Origin: an uncultured delta proteobacterium
GTDB taxonomy: Bacteria > Desulfobacterota > Desulfuromonadia > Geobacterales > Pseudopelobacteraceae
Direction of reading: 5' to 3'
NCBI GenBank assembly: GCA_963772835.1
Contig: CAVYYZ010000005.1
Coordinates: forward strand, 96,001-160,000
DNA length: 64,000 nucleotides
In this document: positions 42,644 through 53,011 of the stretch, piece after piece
Numbering within the stretch: position 1 is the first letter of the stretch
Layout of the letters: each line of letters starts with the position of its first letter
Notes under the pieces: generated by a model
What the model saw: the letters and a program-made list of their open reading frames with translations, nothing else
What the model was told of the DNA's origin: nothing
Database searches by the model: none
Program-made: the position numbers and the translations under genes

Positions 42644-43570
42644 ATGCAGATAAAATACAGACGGACATTTCTGAAATCACTCTTTCTGCTTGCTGTTATT
42701 GCTGCTTTCCCCTTCCTACACGAGATTGCAACCGCCCATGCATATGAAAAGGCATACCAGCATCTCGTCATCCTTGGAGACCCCCATCTTCCGGGTAACC
42801 ACATCGAGCTTAAAAAACAGGTTATACAGACGGTCAATACATGGAAAGATGTCGACATGGTCGTCGCCGTCGGCGACCTCTGTGAAGATCGGGGGACCAA
42901 AGAAGAGTATGTCGCAGTGAACGTTTTTTTCGCCACGCTGAAGTGGTCGTTTTCTCCCATCGTCGGCAATCACGATTATCTGTATGCGGACGGTTTGAAT
43001 GCAAAAGGGAAACGTCATAAGGCCGATACAGAAACCAGAGAAGCAAAACTCCGCACGTTTCGGGAGACATTCGGTTTACAGGAAATTTTTTACAGTAAAG
43101 CGGTGGGCGGATATTATCTTATCTTTCTCTCTCCGGATTCACCCGAGAACCTTGCGCGAATATCGCAGAAGCAGCTTCTATGGCTCCGTGCCGCGCTTGA
43201 TACCAATAAAAAACTCCCGACGATTATATTCTTTCATGCCCCGCTGGAAGGCACCGTTCGAAACGAGAATCCGAACTTCCTGGCACAACCTGCAGGCTCA
43301 ATCCATGATCTCCTCATGAACAATCGGCAGGTGTTTCTCTGGGTCTCAGGGCACACGCACACAACCCCCGGGGATGACAGCTTCGCATCTGCAATCAACA
43401 TCTATGAAAACCGCGTCACAAACATTCATAACAGCGACATGAACCGCGAAATTATCTGGACAAACTCACTGTTCCTGTATCCGGACAAGGTTGTTGTCAG
43501 GACGTACAACCACAGGAAGAGTGTGTGGCTGCCTGAACTTGAAAGAACGTTTGTGTCGCCGAAGCTCTGA
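42644..43570 (+). CDS. Calcineurin-like metallophosphoesterase with twin-arginine-like signal
   Basis: YRRTFLK; DPH, GDL, GNHD, FHAP, GHTH motifs; GGAG RBS. Confidence 0.87.
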   Translation: MQIKYRRTFLKSLFLLAVIAAFPFLHEIATAHAYEKAYQHLVILGDPHLPGNHIELKKQVIQTVNTWKDVDMVVAVGDLCEDRGTKEEYVAVNVFFATLKWSFSPIVGNHDYLYADGLNAKGKRHKADTETREAKLRTFRETFGLQEIFYSKAVGGYYLIFLSPDSPENLARISQKQLLWLRAALDTNKKLPTIIFFHAPLEGTVRNENPNFLAQPAGSIHDLLMNNRQVFLWVSGHTHTTPGDDSFASAINIYENRVTNIHNSDMNREIIWTNSLFLYPDKVVVRTYNHRKSVWLPELERTFVSPKL

Positions 43571-43634
43571 TGGATCGGAAGCGGAAGCGAGAGTCAGTAC
43601 GCCTGAATTGTAAATGGACGACCACCGGTATTGC

Positions 43635-43682
43635 ACACAAAATATTGCGCCGAATCCCTCCCCTTGACACCATATCTAGGCA
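43635..43682 (+). promoter_or_regulatory. Tandem NrdR-box-like operators overlapping the dnaE sigma-70 promoter
   Basis: ACACAAAATATTGCGC (43635) and ACACCATATCTAGGCA (43667), 32 bp apart; TTGACA-N18-CATAAT starts at 43664. Confidence 0.65.
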
Positions 43683-43727
43683 TGAGGCATAATCCAGCTT
43701 CATTGATCCGCCTGGAGGCAACACCTC

Positions 43728-46700
43728 ATGGAAACACCCATTAACACAGGAAACGCACCATCTTCCCCCTTTGTTCACCTCCACCTCCATACCCAATATT
43801 CGCTTCTGGACGGTGCAATCCGCTTTGATGATCTGATTGCAAAAGCCAAAGAACATAATGCTCCGGCTGTCGCGATCACCGACCATGGCAACATGTTCGG
43901 GGCGGCGGAGTTTTATCTTAAATGCCAGAAAGCAGGAGTTAAACCGATCATCGGCTGCGAACTGTACTTAGCACCTGAATCCCGTTTTTCACGCGATGCC
44001 AAAGGGATTTCCGACGCGGCCTACCATCTGATTCTGCTGTGCGAGAACATGCAGGGATACAAAAATCTATCCTACCTGACCTCCGCAGGATACAAGGAGG
44101 GATTCTACTACCGCCCCCGCATCGACCGTGAGTTGCTGTCCGGACGTTCCGAGGGACTGATTGCCATGTCAGCCTGCCTCAAGGGAGAAGTGGCCATGCA
44201 GTGCGGCCGCGGCAGAATGGAAGATGCTGTTGCCACAGCCAAATGGTACGGCGAACTGTTCCCCGGGCGCTATTATATAGAGCTGCAGGAAAACACCATC
44301 CCGGAACAGGATATCGTCAACAAACGCCTGATGGAGGTGGCAAATGAACTGAAACTGCCGCTGGTGGCGACGAACGACTGCCATTACCTCAATCGTGAGG
44401 ACGCGCGGGCCCATGAGGTGCTGCTCTGCATCCAGACCGGCAAAACCATGGAAGACCCGACCCATATGAAATTTTCGGTGGATGAATTTTACGTCAAGTC
44501 TCCGGAGGAGATGTCACGGGCTTTTTCCTATGCGCCGGATGCGGTCAGCAACACCCTGGCTATCGCCGAACGCTGCAATCTCGAGCTGGCGGTGGATGGC
44601 AAAACCTACTATTTCCCACACTTCGACCCACCCGCAGGGCAGAATCACGACGATATGCTGCGCGACCTGGCAACCGAAGGGCTCAAAGAGCGAATGATTA
44701 CTATCCTTGCCAAATATCCCGATATGACGATTGAACAGCAGCAGGGATATTTTGACCGTTTGGAAATAGAACTTGACTGTATCCGTGACATGAAATTCCC
44801 GGCTTATTTCCTGATTGTTTCCGACTTTATCCGCTGGGCCAAGGATCGCGGTATTCCGGTCGGCCCGGGCAGAGGGTCGGCCGCCGGTTCGCTCGTTGCG
44901 TATTCCATCAAGATAACCGATCTCGACCCACTCCCCTACAACCTGCTGTTCGAGCGGTTCCTCAACCCGGAACGTATCTCCATGCCTGATATTGACGTCG
45001 ACTTCTGTCAGGACCGGCGTGGCGAAGTCATCCAGTATATGGTCGAAAAGTACGGTCGTGATCGCGTCTGTCAGATCATCACTTTTGGAACCATGGGCGC
45101 CAAGGCGGCCATCCGGGATGTCGGACGGGCCCTGAACATGACATACGGTGATGTTGACAGGATTGCCAAATTGATCCCTGATGATCTGAAAATGACCTTG
45201 AGTAAAGCGCTGCAACAGGAACCACAGCTGAAGGAGTTATGCGCTGCCGACCCGCAGGTCAAGGATCTGCTGGACACTGCGCTCTGTCTGGAGGGACTTA
45301 CCCGCCATGCTTCGACCCATGCCGCCGCTGTTGTTGTAGCACCTGAACCGCTGGAAGAGTTTCTGCCGCTCTACAAGGACCAGAAAACCGGGTCGATCAA
45401 CACCCAGTATTCCATGAAATATGTCGAATTAGTCGGTCTGGTCAAGTTCGACTTTCTGGGACTCAAAAACCTGACCGTCATCGAGAACGCGGTTAAACTG
45501 GTACGGGTGAATGTGCCGGAGTTCGATATCACAACACTTCGGGATGACGACCAGGCCAGTTATGATCTTATCACCGCCGGCAACACCACCGGAGTCTTTC
45601 AGCTTGAGTCAAGCGGCATGAAAGAGATGCTGGTCAAATTAAAACCCTCCTGCTTTGAGGATGTTATCGCCGCCTGCGCCCTGTATCGTCCCGGCCCGCT
45701 TGGTTCCGGCATGGTTGACGATTTCATCGACCGAAAACATGGCCGCAAAGAGGTGGTGTACGACCTGCCGCAACTGGAACCGATCCTGAAAGACACCTAT
45801 GGAGTTATTGTCTATCAGGAACAGGTCATGCAGATTTCACGTTCGCTCGCCGGATATTCGCTCGGGCAGGCCGATCTGCTGCGCCGGGCCATGGGGAAAA
45901 AAGATGACAAGGAGATGTCCCGCCAGAAGGGCCTCTTCCTGGAGGGAGCCAAGGAGAACAAACTTGACCCGAAAAAAGCCGAGGCGATTTTCGACCTGAT
46001 GCACAAGTTTGCCGAATACGGCTTCAACAAATCCCACTCGGCTGCGTATGCCCTGATCGCGTATCAGACCGCTTTTCTGAAAGCTCATTATCCGGTTGAA
46101 TTCATGGCGGCACTTTTAACGTGCGACATGGACAGCACCGAAAAGGTCGTAAAAAACATTAGTGACTGCCGTGAACAGGGAATTGAAGTCCTCCCTCCCG
46201 ACATCAACACCTCCGGACATTCATTCACCGTTGTCGGAACATCGATGCGGTTCGGACTCGGGGCGGTAAAAAATGTCGGCGCAGGCGCCATCGAAGCCAT
46301 CTTGGAAGCACGCACGGAAGGACCGTTCAAAAATCTGTACGATTTCTGCGAGCGGGTTGATCTGCGCAGAGTCAACAAACGGGTGATCGAATCGTTGATC
46401 AAGTGTGGTGCGTTCGACTCCACCGGTGCGGCACGTTCCGCCCAAATGGAAGGACTGGAATCGGCGACCGGTTACGGCCAGAAAATACAGGAAGAAAAGG
46501 CAAGCGCCCAGGTCTCACTGTTCGGAGCCGAAGAAGTCTCGCGCGGAAACTCCACGGGCGGCATGAAACTGCCAAACACACCCGAATGGCATGACAAGGA
46601 AAAACTGGCATTCGAGAAAGAGGCACTCGGTTTTCTGATTACCGGTCATCCGCTTGACCGCTACATCGACGACATCAAACGACTGACCAATACCGACATA

Positions 46701-47282
46701 GCCAGTATGGTGGAAATGCCTGAAGGGAGTGAGGTGAAGATCTGCGGCATTGTCTCCGCATTCAAGGAGATTACAACCAAAAAGGGAGACCGGATGGGGT
46801 TTGTAACCATAGAAGACCTGACCGGTTCAGTTGAAATTACGGTTTTTTCCGACATTTACGCGAGCACCTCCGCTCTGCTTAAATCTGATGATCCGCTGCT
46901 GGTGGTTGGCAAACTCGAAAAAGGCGAAAAGGGGTGCAAGGTACTGCTCATGAAGGGGGGAGAGGAAAATAATGGCAGGAAATTCCAGCGTGATCGCGGT
47001 CCGGCAGGAGATATCAAACTGCTTTCCGAGGCCCGGTCCCAGACGACCAGAAAAGTATCGTTCATCCTGCGTATCGATGAAACCCCCGCACAGCATATCA
47101 CCCTTCTCAGAGAGGTCATCGAACGGCATCCCGGGAATGTCCCTGCCTTTATCCAGTTCCAGATACCGGGGCGGAGCCGCACCATCATGCCGTTGAAAGC
47201 CGGAATGAACGTAGCAGCGAGTGATGATTTAAGGCTGGAAGTAGAACGCCTGTTAGGGTATAATGCCGCGTCTTTTGAGTAG
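43728..47282 (+). CDS. dnaE: DNA polymerase III alpha subunit
   Basis: PHP domain HLHLHTQYSLLDG, GPGRGSAAGS, PDIDVDF, KFDFLGL, FNKSHS, OB fold. Confidence 0.98.
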   Translation: METPINTGNAPSSPFVHLHLHTQYSLLDGAIRFDDLIAKAKEHNAPAVAITDHGNMFGAAEFYLKCQKAGVKPIIGCELYLAPESRFSRDAKGISDAAYHLILLCENMQGYKNLSYLTSAGYKEGFYYRPRIDRELLSGRSEGLIAMSACLKGEVAMQCGRGRMEDAVATAKWYGELFPGRYYIELQENTIPEQDIVNKRLMEVANELKLPLVATNDCHYLNREDARAHEVLLCIQTGKTMEDPTHMKFSVDEFYVKSPEEMSRAFSYAPDAVSNTLAIAERCNLELAVDGKTYYFPHFDPPAGQNHDDMLRDLATEGLKERMITILAKYPDMTIEQQQGYFDRLEIELDCIRDMKFPAYFLIVSDFIRWAKDRGIPVGPGRGSAAGSLVAYSIKITDLDPLPYNLLFERFLNPERISMPDIDVDFCQDRRGEVIQYMVEKYGRDRVCQIITFGTMGAKAAIRDVGRALNMTYGDVDRIAKLIPDDLKMTLSKALQQEPQLKELCAADPQVKDLLDTALCLEGLTRHASTHAAAVVVAPEPLEEFLPLYKDQKTGSINTQYSMKYVELVGLVKFDFLGLKNLTVIENAVKLVRVNVPEFDITTLRDDDQASYDLITAGNTTGVFQLESSGMKEMLVKLKPSCFEDVIAACALYRPGPLGSGMVDDFIDRKHGRKEVVYDLPQLEPILKDTYGVIVYQEQVMQISRSLAGYSLGQADLLRRAMGKKDDKEMSRQKGLFLEGAKENKLDPKKAEAIFDLMHKFAEYGFNKSHSAAYALIAYQTAFLKAHYPVEFMAALLTCDMDSTEKVVKNISDCREQGIEVLPPDINTSGHSFTVVGTSMRFGLGAVKNVGAGAIEAILEARTEGPFKNLYDFCERVDLRRVNKRVIESLIKCGAFDSTGAARSAQMEGLESATGYGQKIQEEKASAQVSLFGAEEVSRGNSTGGMKLPNTPEWHDKEKLAFEKEALGFLITGHPLDRYIDDIKRLTNTDIASMVEMPEGSEVKICGIVSAFKEITTKKGDRMGFVTIEDLTGSVEITVFSDIYASTSALLKSDDPLLVVGKLEKGEKGCKVLLMKGGEENNGRKFQRDRGPAGDIKLLSEARSQTTRKVSFILRIDETPAQHITLLREVIERHPGNVPAFIQFQIPGRSRTIMPLKAGMNVAASDDLRLEVERLLGYNAASFE

Positions 47283-47300
47283 AGTACTAAAATAATAACC

Positions 47301-47434
47301 CACCACTGAGGTACCGATTTACGGAGAAGATCTTTTTTCATCGATTACATGTAATGAAACAGGACGGCCTTTTTACTTTTTCATTACATTCTTCTCTTTG
47401 ATTTTGTTTTCTCCGTCTCTCCGTGTCTCCGCGG
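47301..47434. repeat. Nested imperfect inverted-repeat element (miniature palindromic repeat)
   Basis: Outer arms CCACTGAGGTACCGATTTACGGAGAA / TTCTCCGTCTCTCCGTGTCTCCGCGG; inner arms ATGTAATGAAA / TTTCATTACAT. Confidence 0.55.
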
Positions 47435-47454
47435 AAAAGAAATGAGGTGTCATA

Positions 47455-48411
47455 ATGGCTACTCCGTTTTATCTTGAGTTTGAAAAGCCGATTGTTGAAC
47501 TGGAAAAGAAGATTGAAGAGCTGAATACTCTGGCAGACGGCGGCCTGGACATATCAGCCGACGTAACCGCTCTTGAAAATCGTGTAGAGGAAATGCGCGG
47601 GGATATATTCTCCAACCTGTCCCGATGGCAGACTGCACAGGTGGCCCGTCACATCAACCGTCCCTTTACTCAGGACTATATCAATCTCATGTTCACAGAA
47701 TTCGTCGAACTGCACGGAGACCGGAACTACGGCGATGATCACGCCATTGTGGGCGGACCGGCACGTTTTAACGGCCAACCGGTCATGGTTATCGGCCATC
47801 AGAAGGGGCGCGATACCAAGGAGAAAGTCTTCCGTAATTTCGGCATGCCCAACCCGGAAGGATACCGCAAAGCGCTGCGCCTGATGCAGATGGCAGAACG
47901 TTTCAAGCTGCCGGTGATCACCTTTGTCGACACCCCCGGAGCATATCCGGGCATCGGGGCCGAGGAGCGTGGACAGGCAGAGGCGATTGCCCGCAATCTG
48001 CGCGAGATGGCGAGTTTGCGTACCCCGATCATTGTCTGTATCACCGGCGAGGGTGGTTCCGGCGGAGCGCTGGCCATTGCCGTCGGCGATCGCATTTTGA
48101 TGCTGGAACATTCGGTTTATGCCGTTATTTCACCGGAAGGGTGTGCCGCCATCCTCTGGTCGGACGGGACGAAGGGTGCCCAGGCCGCAGAGGCACTTAA
48201 GCCAACTGCAAAGGATATTATCAAGCTGGGAGTCATCGATGAAATCATCAAGGAACCGGTCGGCGGTGCCCACCGTGATCACGAGGCTACGGCCAGAAGC
48301 ATGAAAGAAGCGATTGCCCGGAACCTGACCGAACTGAACAGGCTTTCCGGCGACGAACTTGTGGAAGGGCGCTATAACAAATTCAGGGCAATGACACGGG
48401 TTGCTGAATAG
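47455..48411 (+). CDS. accA: Acetyl-CoA carboxylase carboxyltransferase alpha
   Basis: [45 protein letters not shown]. Confidence 0.97.
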   Translation: MATPFYLEFEKPIVELEKKIEELNTLADGGLDISADVTALENRVEEMRGDIFSNLSRWQTAQVARHINRPFTQDYINLMFTEFVELHGDRNYGDDHAIVGGPARFNGQPVMVIGHQKGRDTKEKVFRNFGMPNPEGYRKALRLMQMAERFKLPVITFVDTPGAYPGIGAEERGQAEAIARNLREMASLRTPIIVCITGEGGSGGALAIAVGDRILMLEHSVYAVISPEGCAAILWSDGTKGAQAAEALKPTAKDIIKLGVIDEIIKEPVGGAHRDHEATARSMKEAIARNLTELNRLSGDELVEGRYNKFRAMTRVAE

Positions 48412-48583
48412 GTCTGCGACACACTCCCGTGACGTAACAAAGATCACAGGCGGTACTATTGAAGCGGTGAAGGCGTTCATGACACGTTAAGGAGCCGGGA
48501 AGTAAACCGATGATGTTTCATTTTTTTATACAGCAGGATCTCTGTGGGCGGTTTAACCGCCCCTGTCTTTTTAAGGAACTGTA

Positions 48584-49396
48584 ATGCTCGAGCGTCTGCA
48601 AAAAATTATATCCGCCGCTGGAATCACCTCGCGAAGGGCCTCTGAAGCACTGATCCTGAACGGCCAGGTAGCCGTCAACGGCATCGTCGTCACCGAGTTG
48701 GGAAGCAAGGCTGATCCAACTAAAGACACCATCACGGTTGATGGGAAAACCCTTAAAATCAGCGTACAACGCCTGTACATTTTACTCAACAAGCCACCCG
48801 GATATATTACCGCCCTTAAAGACAGTCAGGGGAGACCGCTGGTTACCGACCTGCTGAAAGATGTGTCGGACCGTGTCTACCCGGTTGGACGTCTGGATTA
48901 TAACACCGAGGGGCTGCTCTTATTGACCAATGACGGTGATTGGGCCAATCGACTCATGCATCCCCGCAATGAAATTGAAAAAGAGTATCATGTCCGGGTA
49001 CGCGGCAAGGTAATAGATCAACAGCTGAAACGTATGGCCGAAGGAGTTGATCTGGAGGACGGCAAAACCGCACCTGCGGTTGTAAACCTGGTAAAGAGCG
49101 GTGAACAGAACGACTGGATATCAGTCGCGATTCATGAGGGCCGCAATCGCCAGGTGCGCAGAATGTGTGAAGCTGTCAGTCTTTCAGTCGTCCGCCTCAA
49201 GCGCATTCGCTACGGCACCCTCATGCTTGGCACACTCAGGGCCGGGCAGTTCCGCTACCTTTCAGATGCTGAGGTATGTGAACTGTCAGGTGAACCACCA
49301 AAAACAACTGCGGTGGAACGTCCGCACCGTGAAGTACAGCATAAATCAACGCGACCAGAACGATCAGGAGGAAAAGGCAGTGGAAGAAGGCAGTAG
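48584..49396 (+). CDS. rluB: RsuA-family pseudouridine synthase (RluB-like)
   Basis: S4 domain ERLQKII..SRR, GRLD, GLLLLTNDG, EGRNRQVRRM. Confidence 0.88.
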   Translation: MLERLQKIISAAGITSRRASEALILNGQVAVNGIVVTELGSKADPTKDTITVDGKTLKISVQRLYILLNKPPGYITALKDSQGRPLVTDLLKDVSDRVYPVGRLDYNTEGLLLLTNDGDWANRLMHPRNEIEKEYHVRVRGKVIDQQLKRMAEGVDLEDGKTAPAVVNLVKSGEQNDWISVAIHEGRNRQVRRMCEAVSLSVVRLKRIRYGTLMLGTLRAGQFRYLSDAEVCELSGEPPKTTAVERPHREVQHKSTRPERSGGKGSGRRQ

Positions 49397-50237
49397 TAGA
49401 AGGTCCGGTTTTATCGAACGAGTCAGCCGTTTTGTAACCGGACGTAAAAGAACAACCGAACAGGAAATTTACGATTTTATCGAAGCATCAGAGGAAGAAG
49501 GGCTGGTTAACGAGGATGAGTGCGAGATGATTCGTTCCATCTTTTCTCTCGGAACGACAATCGTACGGGAAGTCATGGTAACGCGCACTGAAATGGCATG
49601 CGTCACCGTAGAAGCATCCATGCGGGAACTGCTGGACACGATCATCACCTGCGGACATTCCCGAATCCCGGTGTACGAAGATTCTCTCGACAATATCATC
49701 GGCCTGCTGTATGCCAAAGACCTTCTCAAGCTATGGGGTACCGATGAAAATCATTTCTCTGTACGAGAAATCATGCGCCCGCCCTATTTTATTCCTGAAT
49801 CAAAAAACCTGGAGCAGCTTCTGCAGGAGTTTAAACGCAAACGCGTTCATCTGGCGATTGTCATTGATGAGTATGGCGGGACGTCCGGTTTGATAACGAT
49901 TGAAGATCTGCTGGAACAGATTGTGGGCGACATTCAGGACGAATATGATCGTGAGGAGTCACTTTTGACAGCCAACTCCGATGGCAGTATAACCGCTGAT
50001 GGCAGGTTGCCGATTGAGGAACTGGAAGAGCATTTTGATGTTGAAATCGAGAGGGACAACTTCGATTCAGTCGGAGGGCTTGCCTTCCACCTGACCGGCA
50101 AAATACCGTCAATCGGAGACATAATCGATGGGGCCGGGCTACGCCTTAAAATAATTGACGCCGATCTGCGGCGGGTTAAAAAAGTTGTGATCAGCCGCAT
50201 CAAAAGTACCTCTGCAGAAAACACGGGGCGTGAGTGA
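49380..50237 (+). CDS. corC: CBS/CorC-HlyC domain protein (CorC-like)
   Basis: GHSRIPVY, DEYGGTSGLITIEDLLEQIVGDIQDEYD; GTG start with AGGAGG RBS; upstream of lnt. Confidence 0.85.
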   Translation: MEEGSSRRSGFIERVSRFVTGRKRTTEQEIYDFIEASEEEGLVNEDECEMIRSIFSLGTTIVREVMVTRTEMACVTVEASMRELLDTIITCGHSRIPVYEDSLDNIIGLLYAKDLLKLWGTDENHFSVREIMRPPYFIPESKNLEQLLQEFKRKRVHLAIVIDEYGGTSGLITIEDLLEQIVGDIQDEYDREESLLTANSDGSITADGRLPIEELEEHFDVEIERDNFDSVGGLAFHLTGKIPSIGDIIDGAGLRLKIIDADLRRVKKVVISRIKSTSAENTGRE

Positions 50238-51787
50238 GCACTCCGATTTCTCTTTCATCAATAAAGTACCTGCTTGACCGCAAGGCCGGCTTGGCAATCG
50301 CCAGCGGCATTCTGATCGCCCTTTCCTTCCCGAATCCAGGCCTCTCTTTTCTGGCCTGGATTGCACTGATCCCCCTGCTGATTGCCATGGAAGAGAGTTC
50401 ACCACGGGAGGCATTCCGCATCGGCCTGACCTGCGGCATTACCTCATATGCCCTTATCCTTTATTGGCTTAACATCGTTTTTGTCCAGTACGGCCACCTC
50501 CCCTGGTCTGTCAGCATACCGGTCTACCTGCTGCTTGTTTTCTGGCTGGCACTTTTCTATGCCCTGAGTACCTGCATTGCAAGGCTGGGCGAATTGGCCG
50601 GCATCAAAGCCGCCTTTACCCTTCCGGTAGCCTGGGTCGCCTTTGATTTCATCCGCTCATTTCTGTTTTCAGGCTTTGCCTGGGCCATGCTCGGTCACTC
50701 CCAGTTCCGCACCCTGCCGCTGATCCAGATTGCCGATCTGGCGGGTGTCTACGGCATCACCCTCCTGATCGTTCTCGCCAACATAGTCCTGCACCGGGCT
50801 CTACGGGCGGTTTCCGGGGCCGGTGTCCCCTACCCGATTAAAAGTGCCGTAATTCTTTTGTTTCTCCTTCTCGGCACCCTCTTCTACGGATTCAACCGTT
50901 TAAACGCGCCTGAATCAGCACCATCGAGTACGTTGCGAGTCGCCCTGATTCAGGGGAATATCCCCCAGGATGTTAAATGGAGTCCGGCGTTTCGGGAGCA
51001 TACGGTAGACACCTACGTGCGCCTTACCCGGGAAGCGTCCAAAGGTGGAGTCGACCTGGTTGTCTGGCCTGAAAGTGCAGTACCTTTTTTCTTTCAGGAT
51101 GAACCGGTTCAGGCGAAACGGCTCAGGGACCTCGCAAGAGAGTTGAATGCCTGCCTCCTGTTCGGGAGTCCCGCACATGAACTTCGAAACGGCAAAAGCA
51201 CCTTTTTGAACAGCGCTTTCATGCTGTCTCCGACCGGTGAGACAATTGGGCGGGCAGACAAGATGCACCTGGTCCCGCTTGGTGAATACATACCACTCGG
51301 GAATATCCTGACATTCATTAACAAGCTTGTCGTCGGCATCGGTGATTTTTCACCCGGCGAACGGGCCATTCCCTTGGATACGGGAAGCACAAAGCTCGGC
51401 ATTCAGATCTGTTATGAGGTAATCTTTCCGGAACTGGCCCGTCAATACGTTCAGGCCGGTGCCCGTGTTCTCGTGGCAATTACCAATGATGCCTGGTTTG
51501 GCCGATCATCCGCCCCGTATCAACACCTGGCTATTTCGATCTTCCGTGCGGTTGAAACCCGCACCCCGCTGATCCGTGCCGCAAACACCGGAGTTACCGC
51601 TATTGTTGACCAGAATGGTCATATCCGGACCATGACCCCCTTGTTTTTGGAAGCGTATCGCACCGGTGAAGTGCAGTCGGGCAGCGGCAAGTCGCTCTAT
51701 CTCACGATCGGTGACGCCCCGGCCTGGCTCTGTGTGATGCTGACCGCCGGAATAGCTCTGTTTGTGTGGTTCCATCGAAAAAAATAG
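50234..51787 (+). CDS. lnt: Apolipoprotein N-acyltransferase
   Basis: QGNIPQ, WPES, KMHLVPLGEY, ICYE, TNDAWFG, RAANTG. Confidence 0.95.
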   Translation: MSTPISLSSIKYLLDRKAGLAIASGILIALSFPNPGLSFLAWIALIPLLIAMEESSPREAFRIGLTCGITSYALILYWLNIVFVQYGHLPWSVSIPVYLLLVFWLALFYALSTCIARLGELAGIKAAFTLPVAWVAFDFIRSFLFSGFAWAMLGHSQFRTLPLIQIADLAGVYGITLLIVLANIVLHRALRAVSGAGVPYPIKSAVILLFLLLGTLFYGFNRLNAPESAPSSTLRVALIQGNIPQDVKWSPAFREHTVDTYVRLTREASKGGVDLVVWPESAVPFFFQDEPVQAKRLRDLARELNACLLFGSPAHELRNGKSTFLNSAFMLSPTGETIGRADKMHLVPLGEYIPLGNILTFINKLVVGIGDFSPGERAIPLDTGSTKLGIQICYEVIFPELARQYVQAGARVLVAITNDAWFGRSSAPYQHLAISIFRAVETRTPLIRAANTGVTAIVDQNGHIRTMTPLFLEAYRTGEVQSGSGKSLYLTIGDAPAWLCVMLTAGIALFVWFHRKK

Positions 51788-51880
51788 TATCAACCAAGAA
51801 GACAGGATACGTTCGTTAACGAAGTTTATTTTGCCGGTAAACTCAAAACTAAACGTCCAGCTTACTAAGGAGTGATAGCC

Positions 51881-53000
51881 ATGTACCGTGAAGAAACAGC
51901 AAAAATGAAGGATTGTGAAGAGCGGATCGCCAAGCTTCGGGGGGCTCTTTGACGTAGATGCAAAACGTGAATCGATCATGGAGATCGAATCTATTATGGC
52001 TGAGCCCGGTTTCTGGGACGACAGCAAAAAATCACAGGAACTCATCAAAAAACGGACAACCATCGAAAAAATAGTCCAGATGTGGGACGGACTTGTGCGT
52101 CAGACGGAAGATATCCGAGTGATGATTGAGCTGGGTGAAGAGGCTCAGGATTCCGAGACTCTGACAGAGGTTGGCGTCATGACCGCCCGGTTGATTCAGG
52201 AGGTCGAATCAGCCGAGTTCCAGCGAATGCTCTCCGGTCCCCATGATCGGAATTCCTGCTTTATTACCATAAACCCAGGAGCCGGCGGTACCGAATCACA
52301 GGACTGGGCAGAAATGATCCTGCGAATGTATCTGCGTTACTGCGAAAAAAAAGGGTGGAAGACTATTATCACCGAATATCAGGCCGGGGATGAAGCCGGT
52401 CTCAAATCGGCGACATTCAATGTCAGCGGCGAATACGCCTACGGCTACCTTCGGGCGGAAGCAGGCATTCACCGCCTGGTTCGTATATCTCCCTTTGACA
52501 GTAATGCACGCCGCCATACCTCCTTCGCCTCGATGTATGCCTTCCCTGAAATTGAAGAGGATGACATCGAAATTAAAATAAGTGATACCGATTTGAGGGT
52601 TGATACCTTCCGATCCGGTGGTGCCGGCGGCCAGCATGTCAACACCACAGACTCGGCCGTCCGCATAACACATATTCCTTCAGGTATCATCGTCGCCTGC
52701 CAGTCTGAGCGAAGTCAGATATCAAATCGCGGCACCGCCATGAAAGTCCTGCGGGCCAAACTGTATGAGCGGGAGGTTGAGGAGCGCAAAGACAAGGCCT
52801 CCGAAATCGCCGCCGAGAAAAAGGAAATCGGCTGGGGGAGTCAGATCCGCTCGTATGTTCTGCACCCCTACAAGATGGTCAAAGATCTGCGCACCGGAGT
52901 TGAATCCGGCAACCCTGATGCCGTCCTAGACGGCAATCTGGAGGAATTTGTAGTGGCGTACCTGATGGGAGTCAGGCGCAATGTCGGGGAAGTGGAATAG
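51881..53000 (+). CDS. prfB: Peptide chain release factor 2, +1 programmed frameshift at 51947-51953
   Basis: ATG 51881 with AAGGAG; 23 codons then CTT TGA C; SPF and GGQ motifs in the +1 frame. Confidence 0.97.
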
Positions 53001-53011
53001 CCCGGACGTTT

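Noticed and set aside
48412..48583. Possible structured RNA (glnA-motif-like or 6S-like) between accA and rluB
   Set aside because: Only a short GGGCGGT-TTA-ACCGCCC hairpin; family consensus not met
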